Assembly (NCBI GenBank): GCA_963718565.1 | Contig: OY970364.1 | Location: forward strand, 1,792,001 to 1,856,000 | Reading direction: 5' to 3' | DNA: 64,000 bases | Source of the DNA: an uncultured Verrucomicrobiae bacterium | GTDB lineage: Bacteria > Chlamydiota > Chlamydiia > Chlamydiales > Rhabdochlamydiaceae | Shown: one piece after another, positions 1 through 9,699 of the stretch | Layout of the letters: the number at the start of each line of letters is the position of its first letter | How positions within the stretch are numbered: position 1 is the first letter of the stretch | The notes under the pieces: model-generated | The model's database searches: none | What the model was told of the DNA's origin: nothing | The model's input: the letters and a program-made list of their open reading frames with translations, nothing else | Translations under genes and position numbers: made by a program

Positions 1-168
1 CGTCCCGTTTGGGGTAGTTCCTTCCGCTTCAAAGACGACCCCCATTGGAACAATTACATCGAGTTTTACGAATACTACAATCCCGAAACGGGAAAAGGCC
101 TCGGCGCTTCGCACCAAACAGGATGGAGCGCCCTTGTCGCTAATTTGATCTCAGAATTCAGAAAATAG
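1..168 (+). CDS. C-terminal fragment of a GH63/MGH1-like glycoside hydrolase (partial, runs off window start)
   Basis: Frame 1 translates as RPVWGSSFRFKDDPHWNNYIEFYEYYNPETGKGLGASHQTGWSALVANLISEFRK*. The FYEY...G.GLGASHQTGW motif is typical of bacterial GH63-like glucosidase C-termini. Confidence 0.75.
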   Translation, partial: RPVWGSSFRFKDDPHWNNYIEFYEYYNPETGKGLGASHQTGWSALVANLISEFRK

Positions 169-172
169 TAGG

Positions 173-988
173 TTATCCCATGTTGTCGGGATGCCATCGC
201 CTGATGACGAATCGAGGGCCTTCGCTTTCGTCCCATTGATTGACAGGTTTTCGATCTTTCATGATTTCAATCAGGCGCTCAGAGAACTTGGCTTTAATGA
301 CTCCTTTTGGAGCTCTGCTTTCGATCGTTGTTTTTTCATCGAAAACGCCGACAACGTGTCCTTCCCAGACAATCAAATCAAGGTCGTTGACTTTCTTAAT
401 GATCCCGCTAACACTCAACCCCTCGATGGGAACAGCCTTCCCAAAATGGATAAGACTTGAAGTATTGCGCGGCGTATAACCTGCGGAGACGTAGTGAAAT
501 AGCCCAGAGCAATCCAGTCCTTTGAATTTCCATGTGTCTTGAATGAGAGCAGACAGTTGATGCAAAGGGGTTCGGCTCGGATACAATAGTGGTACTAAAT
601 CGATCCCTTGCGGCCAATTTCCTCCCCAAACATAACGCGTTCCCATGAGCCGTTCTAATTTTGAAAGGATTGTTGGCATGGCAGGAATCACAATCGTTCT
701 ATTTGCAGGAATATGAGGAACAAGTTGAACAAAGCGGGCATCGATATAGTAATTGCCTCCATAGTCATATTCATGAGTGCTTATGCGCCAGATGGAAGAT
801 TGGGCGACCCGTTCGAATAGTTGTATTTTGGCGTGAGGGAAGAGTATGGTTTCAACCGTTCTCATCAGACCTTGTTCGTCTAGAGGAAGAGTATCGCCGT
901 CCTTGCCTCCAAAACAATGAGGAACATGAGGAGTGTTAAAGACTGGAGTGGGCCATTGTGTGACTGCATATTGCATGTTAACACTCAC
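173..988 (-). CDS. NlpC/P60-family cysteine peptidase
   Basis: Contains YVWGG...GLDCSGL...GHV catalytic motifs. Start placed at GTG 988 after a GGAGG SD (ATG 976 is an alternative). The ORF-track extension to 1099 is translated repeat element A. Confidence 0.75.
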   Translation of the reverse strand: MSVNMQYAVTQWPTPVFNTPHVPHCFGGKDGDTLPLDEQGLMRTVETILFPHAKIQLFERVAQSSIWRISTHEYDYGGNYYIDARFVQLVPHIPANRTIVIPAMPTILSKLERLMGTRYVWGGNWPQGIDLVPLLYPSRTPLHQLSALIQDTWKFKGLDCSGLFHYVSAGYTPRNTSSLIHFGKAVPIEGLSVSGIIKKVNDLDLIVWEGHVVGVFDEKTTIESRAPKGVIKAKFSERLIEIMKDRKPVNQWDESEGPRFVIRRWHPDNMG

Positions 989-1001
989 ATTTAACCTCCA
1001 A

Positions 1002-1260
1002 GAGGGAATTGCAAAATTTCTCGCCGCATAAAATCGCGCTTTTGGCACCTGTCGCCTTGGCGGCGGCTGCCTTCGGCCCCGGTTCGCTCCTTCGCTCACC
1101 TGCTTTGCTACTTACGAAGGTTCCCCGGACCTTCTCGTGTCTTCGCAGCCACTTATCCAAGTATGCTTTCGCCGCCGCCAACCGAACCCGCTGTGCGTGT
1201 TCTGGCAACAGGTGCCAAAATCATCAATTTTCTGCTGGCGAGGAGTTTTGCAATTCCCTC
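1002..1260. mobile_element. Palindromic MITE-like element, family A (long copy, 259 bp)
   Basis: Ends are GAGGGAATTGCAAAATTTCTCGCC ... GGCGAGGAGTTTTGCAATTCCCTC with internal hairpins. A near-identical shorter copy lies at 5198-5380, and an orphan end at 1291-1307. Confidence 0.8.
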
Positions 1261-1362
1261 TCCAAAAAAAAGACTTTTATGTTATAGAAGGGTTTTGCAA
1301 TTCCCTCTATAGACAAGACTAAGGGAGCATATTAAAAGGCGAATAAAAAGAGAATCTAATTT

Positions 1363-2991
1363 ATGGGTCGCTATTTGATCTTGATAATCAGTGTAATTTT
1401 GTTCGCGATTGGATCAGGATGTCAATCTCCGAAAAAAAGCCAGAAAGAGACCGTTTCTCAAACACTGCGGATTAACATTCAGAGTGAGCCGCAAACTTTG
1501 GACCCACGCAAAGCACGCAGCTTAAGTGGACAAACTCTTGTTCGGATGCTTTTTGAAGGGCTGACGCGCGTGAACAAAGAAGAAAAACCTGAACTTGCTC
1601 TTGCAAGCAGTGTGGACATTTCTTCTGATCTTAGGATCTATACCTTTCACTTAAAAGAGAGTGTGTGGTCAAACGGGGACTCTGTATTAGCCTCAGATTT
1701 TATTTACGCATGGAAAAAGATGCTTTCTCCTGATTTCCCTTCGGACATCGCCTTTCAGCTTTACGTGATTAAAAATGGCAAGGCTGCAAAAGAAGGAAAA
1801 GTACCCATAGATCAGATTGGCGTGAAGATCCTGAGTGATAAGACATTAGAGGTTGAACTGGAAAATCCCACGCCTTATTTTTTAGATCTGGTTGCCTGCC
1901 CCGCTTTTTTCCCCATCCCTCAAAAGGTCGATGAGCAGAATCCCTTTTGGCCTCAAAACGCTTCCACTTATGTTGGCAACGGGCCCTTTCAACTCATCGA
2001 ATGGAAACACCAAGACCATTTGACTTTGGTCAAAAATCCTCAATATTGGGATGCGCCAGCTGTTAAAATTGCATCTCTAGAGTTGCAGATGCTCCAAGAA
2101 GAGACTGAACTCAACTGTTTCGAGAAACAAAAAATTGATTGGGCGGGATCTCCACTTTCCCTATTACCTGTAGATGCTCTCGATTCATTAAGAAAAGAAA
2201 ACAAGCTCAATACCAAAGAGCTTCTTGGAACATATTTCATTCGAGTGAACACGGAAGCTTCTCCTTTTAACCATCCTTTGATGCGAAAGGCTTTTGCTCT
2301 TGCTATTTATCGGAGCGCTATCGTCGAGCATGTCACTCGCGGGGACCAGATTCCTGCAACAGGTCTTGTCCCTATTTTCTTAAAATTGCAGAAACAGCCC
2401 TATTTTCAAGATGGCGATTTAACAGAAGCGCGACGATTGTTTGATGAAGCCCTTAGAGCGCAGCAACTGACCAAAGAGAACTTGCCTGAAATTTCTCTCC
2501 TCTATCGAACAGAAGAGAGAAACCATCTGATTGCGCAAGCTATCCAACAGCAATGGTTCGAAGCCTTTGGTATCCGCGTGAAATTGCAATCTGTAGAAGG
2601 CAAAGTTTACTTCGATCGGATATCCAAACAAGACTTTCAATTGTCTTCAGGATCCTGGGTTGCCGATTTTGCTGACCCGATTAATTTTTTAGAAGTTTTC
2701 AAATTTAAAAAGAGCGGCTCGAATAATACTCTTTGGGAAAACCCTCGTTATATCGAACTTCTCGATCAATCGTCAGAAGTTATCGATTCTCAGCAACGCC
2801 TTGAACTCCTTGCGCAAAGTGAACAAATATTGATCGATGAAATGCCAATGATTCCAATTTTTTATTACACTATGCTATATGTCAATCAACCCCACCTAAA
2901 AGATGTTGTCCTGTCCTCGATGGGGCAAATCGATTTTAAATGGGCCTATTTTGAAGAGGCAGGAAAATGGATTGCACAAGAGGAGAATTAA
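1363..2991 (+). CDS. oppA: Oligopeptide ABC transporter substrate-binding lipoprotein
   Basis: Lipobox GSGC; family-5 solute-binding motifs EPQTLDP, LFEGL, YTFHLK..WSNG, GNGPF, W.ADF.DP. Confidence 0.9.
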   Translation: MGRYLILIISVILFAIGSGCQSPKKSQKETVSQTLRINIQSEPQTLDPRKARSLSGQTLVRMLFEGLTRVNKEEKPELALASSVDISSDLRIYTFHLKESVWSNGDSVLASDFIYAWKKMLSPDFPSDIAFQLYVIKNGKAAKEGKVPIDQIGVKILSDKTLEVELENPTPYFLDLVACPAFFPIPQKVDEQNPFWPQNASTYVGNGPFQLIEWKHQDHLTLVKNPQYWDAPAVKIASLELQMLQEETELNCFEKQKIDWAGSPLSLLPVDALDSLRKENKLNTKELLGTYFIRVNTEASPFNHPLMRKAFALAIYRSAIVEHVTRGDQIPATGLVPIFLKLQKQPYFQDGDLTEARRLFDEALRAQQLTKENLPEISLLYRTEERNHLIAQAIQQQWFEAFGIRVKLQSVEGKVYFDRISKQDFQLSSGSWVADFADPINFLEVFKFKKSGSNNTLWENPRYIELLDQSSEVIDSQQRLELLAQSEQILIDEMPMIPIFYYTMLYVNQPHLKDVVLSSMGQIDFKWAYFEEAGKWIAQEEN

Positions 2992-2998
2992 GATTAAG

Positions 2999-3358
2999 AT
3001 GAATTACGTATTGACTGTCATTTTTATTTTGGCCTGCGGGATGGGTTGGGCCAATTCCGTCACTTTGATGAACAATTCCACCTATACTTTGCAGGCCACA
3101 ATTTACGATGCCAATGGAACGCTTCTTGGGCAATTTGTGCTCAATCCCAGTGATGCGACATTGTGGAGTGATAATGACGAAGATTGGGGGACTCAAAGCC
3201 AATATGCTTCCCAAACGCCCTATACGGTGAATTGGATGTGCATGAATGGAAGTGCTTATGGCACTTGTGATAATGTTGCTGCTGGAGCTGTTGTCACAGC
3301 GCAAGGTTGCGGTGGCGCTCAGGAATGTCAGCAACAGCAGCAACAGAGCCCTTATTAA
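2999..3358 (+). CDS. Small secreted 4-Cys protein, paralog 1 (unknown function)
   Basis: Signal-peptide-like N-terminus MNYVLTVIFILACGMGWA; homologous to the next ORF (TPYTV.W.C..G..Y..CD.V..GA.V.AQ.C.GA..C). Confidence 0.7.
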   Translation: MNYVLTVIFILACGMGWANSVTLMNNSTYTLQATIYDANGTLLGQFVLNPSDATLWSDNDEDWGTQSQYASQTPYTVNWMCMNGSAYGTCDNVAAGAVVTAQGCGGAQECQQQQQQSPY

Positions 3359-3392
3359 CCCTGTTAGGAGGAATGTGGCTTTTATACCGGAA

Positions 3393-3842
3393 ATGATTCA
3401 AAAGCTGGCTTTTTTGATATTTGGCCTGATGATTTCCCCTTGTTTGCTTCATGCCGGCACAGTGCGTTTAGTCAACAATAGCCCTTATGATCTTCGAGCC
3501 GCTATCCGTGGCAGCGATGGCTCTTTTTTAGGAGAACTTGTCATCAAAGCCCAAAAAGAAACTGTTTGGACAGATACTTATGGGCAATATGGACTATATG
3601 GCGGTGCTAATGCGTCCGCAAACTCAGATTATCAATCAAAGACTCCTTATACTGTGTTGTGGTATTGCCTTGATGGAGCGGATTATGCCGTGTGTGATAC
3701 CGTTTCCACAGGGGCTCTTGTCATGGCGCAAACTTGTTCAGGCGCGCGGATGTGCAAGCCGAACCGAAGGGAAGTGTATCCACAGGAGTCCGAAGGAAAT
3801 TATCTCTATAAAAATCCAAAGACCCCGCCTCTAAATCAATAG
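3393..3842 (+). CDS. Small secreted 4-Cys protein, paralog 2 (unknown function)
   Basis: Signal peptide MIQKLAFLIFGLMISPCLLHA; shares the motif pattern of 2999-3358. Confidence 0.7.
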   Translation: MIQKLAFLIFGLMISPCLLHAGTVRLVNNSPYDLRAAIRGSDGSFLGELVIKAQKETVWTDTYGQYGLYGGANASANSDYQSKTPYTVLWYCLDGADYAVCDTVSTGALVMAQTCSGARMCKPNRREVYPQESEGNYLYKNPKTPPLNQ

Positions 3843-3916
3843 TGGGATGTTCAATAGACATCTTGCATAACCTCATTCACCTGCTAAAATCGCCCTTTTC
3901 CCGGCCTTTTGATCCT

Positions 3917-5416
3917 CTAATGGATAGGGTCATGGTTGAGTTGTGGTTTTCCTTTTTCGTAGGTCACTTTCTTTAGAAAAATGCCGTCACTTGTATATAA
4001 CGAGGCGATTCCTTTTCCCGACTCGATCTTTGAGACGATTTTTTTGTCTCCCTTTTTATAATAAGAAGCTTTGATCAACAGATCATTTTCGTACTCTTCG
4101 ACTAGCATGAGATCTCCATTTTTATACCAAGCAAAACAGACCCCTTGCTTTTTGCTGCCGTTGAATTCGCGCTGGCTTTCAATTTGGCCATTGGAATACC
4201 AGGTTTTTACTTGTCCTTGGATCCGATCCTCATTCCAATGTAAACAGAGCTTTGGCATAGGCCGCTGGCCTTTTTCTGAAAGGTAATATTCCCATTCCTC
4301 GCCATTCTTTTTTCCATCTTTGACGACGTAGGAGCATTTAAGAGTTCCATTAGAATAAAACAACTCGACATCGCCTTCAGGAATGCCGCATGAAAAATGG
4401 ATGAGTGCGTAAAGTTGGCCCTCTTTAAATTGGGCTTGCTTGCCTTGTCCGTCGTTAATTTCGGCGATGGATGTTCCATCGGGAGCATAATAAGAAGCGT
4501 GGATCAGACGGCCATGTTCATAAAATTCTTTCGACAAGAGATGCTTAGGCGTCCAAAAAGCAGTGGCGCTTCCCTCTTTTTCTCCATTGACATGAGGAAT
4601 CTCTTCTAGAAGATTTCCATGTTCATCGAAAACTTGAAGCATGCCATGGATCTCTCCTTGGCGATAAGGGATCATTTTTTGCAGCTGGCCATTGGGGAAA
4701 AAATATTGTGCCGGATTGTGCAAAAGACCCTTTTCATAAGAAAATTCAGCAATCAGGTTTCCTTGATCATCCCAAACTTTGCTTGCCCCTTCAAATACCC
4801 AAGTGGCTTGGGCGAGATCGTGGATGTCTGCCATCCCTTCGATAAGATGGGTTTCAATTTTCATACGGCCATTAGGAAACCATTCTTGATAAATCCCATG
4901 CGCCCTGCCGTCTACAGCTTCCAGGTACTGCCAAAGGTGACCGTTATCGTGGTAACTCGTAATTTTGGACAGACTCTGACCGGCAGAATTTCGACCGAAG
5001 ACGCGCAGTACTTTTTGATAGGGCTGCGGTGTGGAAAAATTCACAGATTTATAACTGGAAAGGCGCTCTTTATTGCTCACTGTCTCTGTGAACCCATTGC
5101 GGTCGACGATTTGCATGCTGACAACAGAATCGCTTTTGTCAGAGGAAGTTCTGGAAGCGCAGCCGGAAAGAACCGCCAGGCTAATCAGTAGAGTTAAGAG
5201 GGAATTGCAAAACTCTTCGCCGCATAAAATCGCGCTTTTGGCACCTGTCGCCTTGGCGGCGGCTCTTCTACTTATCCAAGTATGCTTTCGCTGCCGCCAA
5301 CCGAACCCGCTGTGCGGGTTCTGGCAACAGGTGCCAAAATCATCGATTTTCTGCTGGCGAGGAGTTTTGCAATTCCCTCCTAATTGTAAAATTCGACGCC
5401 AAAAGATTTTTCTCAT
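3917..5416 (-). CDS. MORN-variant repeat (YwqK-like) lipoprotein with an in-frame element-A insertion in its signal peptide
   Basis: Repeated G..HG....[WY][FY].NG units; lipobox LSGC; about 62 codons near the N-terminus derive from element A. Confidence 0.75.
   Translation of the reverse strand: MRKIFWRRILQLGGNCKTPRQQKIDDFGTCCQNPHSGFGWRQRKHTWISRRAAAKATGAKSAILCGEEFCNSLLTLLISLAVLSGCASRTSSDKSDSVVSMQIVDRNGFTETVSNKERLSSYKSVNFSTPQPYQKVLRVFGRNSAGQSLSKITSYHDNGHLWQYLEAVDGRAHGIYQEWFPNGRMKIETHLIEGMADIHDLAQATWVFEGASKVWDDQGNLIAEFSYEKGLLHNPAQYFFPNGQLQKMIPYRQGEIHGMLQVFDEHGNLLEEIPHVNGEKEGSATAFWTPKHLLSKEFYEHGRLIHASYYAPDGTSIAEINDGQGKQAQFKEGQLYALIHFSCGIPEGDVELFYSNGTLKCSYVVKDGKKNGEEWEYYLSEKGQRPMPKLCLHWNEDRIQGQVKTWYSNGQIESQREFNGSKKQGVCFAWYKNGDLMLVEEYENDLLIKASYYKKGDKKIVSKIESGKGIASLYTSDGIFLKKVTYEKGKPQLNHDPIH
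5198..5380. mobile_element. Family A element (183 bp) with TAA target duplication, inside a CDS
   Basis: TAA(5195-5197) GAGGGAATTGCAAAACTC...GAGTTTTGCAATTCCCTCC TAA(5381-5383). Confidence 0.85.
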
Positions 5417-6048
5417 CGTAGGGCCTCTAAGTTTTCTCGTTTGATCAATTGCATCGTCACGACATACACTTTTTCATTGGGCAAGAGCTCTTTCCTCGCC
5501 AACTTGAAGTCTTGGATGATCAATTGTGATCGGCCCTCTTTGGGACCGTATGGCCAAATCGTGACTCCCTCGATCAGGCAGAGAAGTTGTTTAAGATCTT
5601 CTTCATTGAGCTCAATAGGTTGTTGCTGTTTTTCCTCAGTTTCTCGAAAAAGCTCATTGGCGCGGATCTGTTCTTCGGAAAAGCGCAGGCGATTACCCCC
5701 ATCCTTGAGCTGTTGTAGACGTTTGGCAATCTGTTCTTCTTCAGGACCTTCTAATTGAATCGTCTCGAGTTTTTTGATTTCAGGCAGTAGAAAAGTCAAT
5801 GTTTCCACGTGCTTGTCGAGATAGTGTGGATCGGGATTTTTCAAAGCGGACAAGAGAATGCTTTCCTTTTTTTGACTTTCTTGCATGACGACCATTTTTG
5901 TATGAATTCTTTCCATTTCCTTTTCGAGTTGTTCTAATTTTTGCAATCCAAAGAAGAAGTTAAAAAGAAAAATTAAAAAAGGAACAGGGGCTGCTACCAA
6001 TACAAGGCAAAGGGAAAAGGGAGAAAGCTTACAAGAGAATTTCCTCAT
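5413..6048 (-). CDS. Membrane-anchored coiled-coil protein (possible T2SS/pilus assembly-platform component)
   Basis: N-terminal TM helix followed by a coiled coil; 4-bp overlaps with both neighbours. Confidence 0.55.
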   Translation of the reverse strand: MRKFSCKLSPFSLCLVLVAAPVPFLIFLFNFFFGLQKLEQLEKEMERIHTKMVVMQESQKKESILLSALKNPDPHYLDKHVETLTFLLPEIKKLETIQLEGPEEEQIAKRLQQLKDGGNRLRFSEEQIRANELFRETEEKQQQPIELNEEDLKQLLCLIEGVTIWPYGPKEGRSQLIIQDFKLARKELLPNEKVYVVTMQLIKRENLEALR

Positions 6049-7466
6049 GAACCTCTCTCTTTGTTGAGTTCAAAAGAGGTCTGGTACGATTGATTGTGCG
6101 TTTGCCATTTCACTTCTTTTTTCGCATTGACGATCTGATCACCTTTAAGCAAAGCTTCATGAAAATCTCGTGCGCTCCGCGGAGTCAGCGAAGTAAATTC
6201 TAGTTCCATCTGTGCAGTATAAGGGGAAGTTGCCTCTCCGATTTTAGGGTACTTTACTAAAGTGTAATGGAGAGATTTGATGTCCATCCCCTCTTTTTGG
6301 CCGCCTTCTTCGGTTGCAAAAGAGGGATGGGCGCTGAGCCATGCCAGAACATCGCTGACCTTGGGAACAGTTGGCACAAAAGCAAAGGAATTTTTTTGTC
6401 CGCGTAAGGAATTTTCCCACTCATAGAGTTTTTCTTCCATATGGTGAATGGAAGAAAGAGGATCTTTGGATGAAAGATAACTTTGTAAATTCTCAATCAG
6501 CTTGTGTTGCTTTCTGTGGAGGACAACGGATCCTCCAATGGACATCAGCAATGCTGCTCCTAGGCATAACCCGAGATAGTGGAGCATTTTTTTCTTGCGC
6601 AATTGCCATACATGTTCTGGAGTAAATTCTTTTTGACAGAATTGAACGCTAAGCTTATCTGCAGCAAGCGCATCCAACGCACATCCGATGGGAGTGGCAT
6701 AAAGAGCTAAACCCTCTTCAGAAATTTCTAACTTGTTCCCCATAAAAATTTTGCTGATGACCTCTGTGAAATCTGCGGAATCTCCTGTCAATATCCAAGG
6801 AGTCTGATCATCCACAACCCCTTTTTGTTTGAGAAAGATGGAGAGTTTTTCAAGGTCTAAAGCGAAATTTTCTGGGTTATCGACAAGGCTGGACTGCGAA
6901 AGGACGAGGTCGTTACCTTCTAAAAGTACACAGGAAAATTTTTTGTCGCGAACATCAAAACAGAGAATCCGAAACTCTTGAGGAAATTTCCATCTGGCAA
7001 ATCGCAGAAGAGCAATGGGGTCGCATGAAACGGTATCCGGTTCGATATCCATTTCTTTCCACTTTGTGAGATGAGAAGAAAGATGCTCTTGAGTGGTGGC
7101 GATCACTGCCACAGCAGTCATCTGCTTGCTTAAAGGTTTCAAAAGGGGGCAAATGATAGGGTTCTCGCTTGAAAAAGGAAGCAAGGATTCAAGCTGGAAG
7201 GGCAATGCGTCGAGGATCTTTCGTTTGTCCCGAAGAGGCAGATGAAGTTTGCGGATAAAGACATCGGAGCTCATCAGCCCTGATGCAATCTGGATCTCTT
7301 TTCCCGTATGGAAAGGCAGAAGATTGTAAAATAGCTTTACATTGTCAGAGCCATAAGAAAATGTGTGTAAAGACTCGATGGCAATCGATTTTTTTTCTTT
7401 TTTTAAGATGGCAACTCTAAATGTTTCCTTGTCGAGAGTCAGACCAATGATAAACATAATTCCCAC
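6045..7466 (-). CDS. GspL/PilM-like protein
   Basis: N-terminal IIGLTLD actin-like fold start, ILDALPFQLESLLPF motif, single TM near residue 300 followed by a periplasmic domain. Confidence 0.6.
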   Translation of the reverse strand: MGIMFIIGLTLDKETFRVAILKKEKKSIAIESLHTFSYGSDNVKLFYNLLPFHTGKEIQIASGLMSSDVFIRKLHLPLRDKRKILDALPFQLESLLPFSSENPIICPLLKPLSKQMTAVAVIATTQEHLSSHLTKWKEMDIEPDTVSCDPIALLRFARWKFPQEFRILCFDVRDKKFSCVLLEGNDLVLSQSSLVDNPENFALDLEKLSIFLKQKGVVDDQTPWILTGDSADFTEVISKIFMGNKLEISEEGLALYATPIGCALDALAADKLSVQFCQKEFTPEHVWQLRKKKMLHYLGLCLGAALLMSIGGSVVLHRKQHKLIENLQSYLSSKDPLSSIHHMEEKLYEWENSLRGQKNSFAFVPTVPKVSDVLAWLSAHPSFATEEGGQKEGMDIKSLHYTLVKYPKIGEATSPYTAQMELEFTSLTPRSARDFHEALLKGDQIVNAKKEVKWQTHNQSYQTSFELNKERGS

Positions 7467-7572
7467 TGAAGAATAGGAGTGGGATTGTATCTTAGAAAAG
7501 TAATTCAGAAAAGACTATAAGTAAGTCCGAGTGTAAATAAAAGTGTTGAAGCGGTCCAATTTAGGGGGCCAC

Positions 7573-9588
7573 TCAAGGGCAGGAGACGTCCGCCTCTGTA
7601 AGAGTGATAGTCCCCGATGCGTTAAACGGCGCGCCAACATTTCCCACAAGAGGCGACAAAATGAATGTGCTGCCACCTGTTTCATTTAAAGAATAACCCG
7701 ACGAACTAGAATTATCAGTAAGTTGTAGCTGAAGTGTAGAGGAGGCATCCGATGTTGATAAAACGCCAAAAGAAGCGGCGTTAGTTATCGTATTGTTCTC
7801 TACATTCGCTGAAACCAAAGCACTAAATAAGCTGTCCACAGTTATTCCTACGAACAGTGCTTGATTAATTTGATTTTCAGAAATTGTACCACATACATTA
7901 GTTCCTGAAAAACCTCCTGAAAGATTAATTCCATTATCGCAATTGATGATCAAATTATTTTGGATACTAGCATTAGTATTAGCTCCGAGAGTCTGCGAGT
8001 CAACAGTAATCCCAAAACCATTGTTCACAACGGTATTTTGCACAAGATTATTTGTAACAACAATGGAAGAAGTCACAGGAAGGGTAAAATTAAAAATACT
8101 AATGCCGTTGATTAAACCGGCCATAGTTCCATTTGTTGTTACTGTGTCGATGATGTTATTTTCAATCATCAAATTTCCCTGGCAATTATGCAGAGAAATC
8201 GCTCCGCTGATCACCGCGCAATTGGTGAAGATATTGTTGTGAATATAAGTATTAGTAATTCCTAAAAAAGTGGGAAGAACCGAGGGATCGCCGCCATTAA
8301 TTCCATTCCCGCCATTCGTATTGGAAATGTAGAGACCTGAAACTTCACAATCATTGCCTAAATTGACGCCGGATGTATTGAGGATTGCATTTGTGATGTT
8401 GGGAAAGGTTTTGCTTTGGGCGGGCACTGTAATCGAACCTTGCGTCGTTGGGAATACTTGGCTGATCCCTGATCCGAAAAGCTTTTGCCCGTCCTGCAAT
8501 ACAATGCCCGCATCCATCCCTTGGGTTGTGCCATTCCCCGGAAATACATAAATGGCATCCCATGGAGAGGAGGCATTCTGGGCCTGAACCAGTGTCGGGA
8601 AGGGACTTTCAATGCTTCCAGCAGAGCTGCTCGTATTGTCTACGAACCACACTTGCCAAGGGTTGCCTGTTGCAGGATTGATCGCTTTTTCCCTTCTTGT
8701 CACTTTTTTTACCACTGGAATTTCAAAGCGATAAGGGGCAAATGCAGCACGTGAAAGAGCAAGATTGGTTTGGGATGAGCACTCTTTTCCTCGGCTTTGC
8801 AACCTTTTTCCAAAAGGAAAGTTAAAAGCAATTGTCCCTTGTACAACGCTGCGGAAAAGATGGTCATAAGAATAAGAAGCTTCTAAAGCAATGTACTCTT
8901 TATAACGGCCGAGCAGACGTGTTTTGCCTCCCCAGGAGGAAGCATGCGGAGAAGAAAAATAATAGGGGCCAACTCCTGCATAGAGATCATATTTTGTACT
9001 TTGTGTGAGATGAGCACCCACTTCCGCATCTCCTCCAATCATCACATCTCTCTGCTTAGCCTTTAAGATAACGTGATGTCCCTTAAAACTGTCGAAATCA
9101 AAATGGTACTTGTGACTTTTCTGATTACCAATGGGGAAATACCCATTCATACGGTATTCCATGCGGTTACCGAGTAATTCGATGCCAGGGCTCAATTGTT
9201 GAGGAGTCAGATGATGCCTGTCTTGGCGCACATCGTAATAGAGATAATAGCCTAACACGTGGCCAATCGAACAGAGAAGGGAGCGGCCGCCCACTCCAAC
9301 ATTTCCACCAAACTTGCCGTTATCAAAAACATGTCCGCGCAGATCGATAAAAGGCATGAAAGAGGTATTGGCATTGTAAATACCGAATCCTTCTAACGTG
9401 GTATACCCCTCTTGATATCCTACTCCTCTTGCTTCCGTATGTCGTAGCCCCGCATGCATGACGTGAAATTGTTTTTTATTTTCTGGGGAAGGATTGCTCT
9501 TTGGAGATGTTGGCTTTTTTTTCGGCTCATCAACGAAGGCTTGATTGCATAACAATGAAGAGAGAAGAAGAAGTGAATAAAATTTCAT
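7573..9588 (-). CDS. Inverse-autotransporter beta-barrel protein with beta-helix passenger (tandem pair, copy 1)
   Basis: Signal peptide; IAT-like barrel motifs (N.G.G.R, YYD, Q...G.E.LG, NGY.P.G); Asn-rich I.NN.I parallel beta-helix repeats. Confidence 0.75.
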   Translation of the reverse strand: MKFYSLLLLSSLLCNQAFVDEPKKKPTSPKSNPSPENKKQFHVMHAGLRHTEARGVGYQEGYTTLEGFGIYNANTSFMPFIDLRGHVFDNGKFGGNVGVGGRSLLCSIGHVLGYYLYYDVRQDRHHLTPQQLSPGIELLGNRMEYRMNGYFPIGNQKSHKYHFDFDSFKGHHVILKAKQRDVMIGGDAEVGAHLTQSTKYDLYAGVGPYYFSSPHASSWGGKTRLLGRYKEYIALEASYSYDHLFRSVVQGTIAFNFPFGKRLQSRGKECSSQTNLALSRAAFAPYRFEIPVVKKVTRREKAINPATGNPWQVWFVDNTSSSAGSIESPFPTLVQAQNASSPWDAIYVFPGNGTTQGMDAGIVLQDGQKLFGSGISQVFPTTQGSITVPAQSKTFPNITNAILNTSGVNLGNDCEVSGLYISNTNGGNGINGGDPSVLPTFLGITNTYIHNNIFTNCAVISGAISLHNCQGNLMIENNIIDTVTTNGTMAGLINGISIFNFTLPVTSSIVVTNNLVQNTVVNNGFGITVDSQTLGANTNASIQNNLIINCDNGINLSGGFSGTNVCGTISENQINQALFVGITVDSLFSALVSANVENNTITNAASFGVLSTSDASSTLQLQLTDNSSSSGYSLNETGGSTFILSPLVGNVGAPFNASGTITLTEADVSCP

Positions 9589-9699
9589 AAATCCCCATGG
9601 CGTGTGGAATGCTCGAAAAATGTAAAAGTAAATCTTTTATTTGTTTTCTGGCAAGATCATTCCGTTTTAAAAATGTGAATCAGGCCTTAAGGCCTGGGT

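Noticed and set aside
978..1322. Short ORFs at 978-1322, 11916-12209, 55419-55640, 56314-56601 and 57715-57938
   Set aside because: They are translations of palindromic repeat elements, with no independent sign of being genes.
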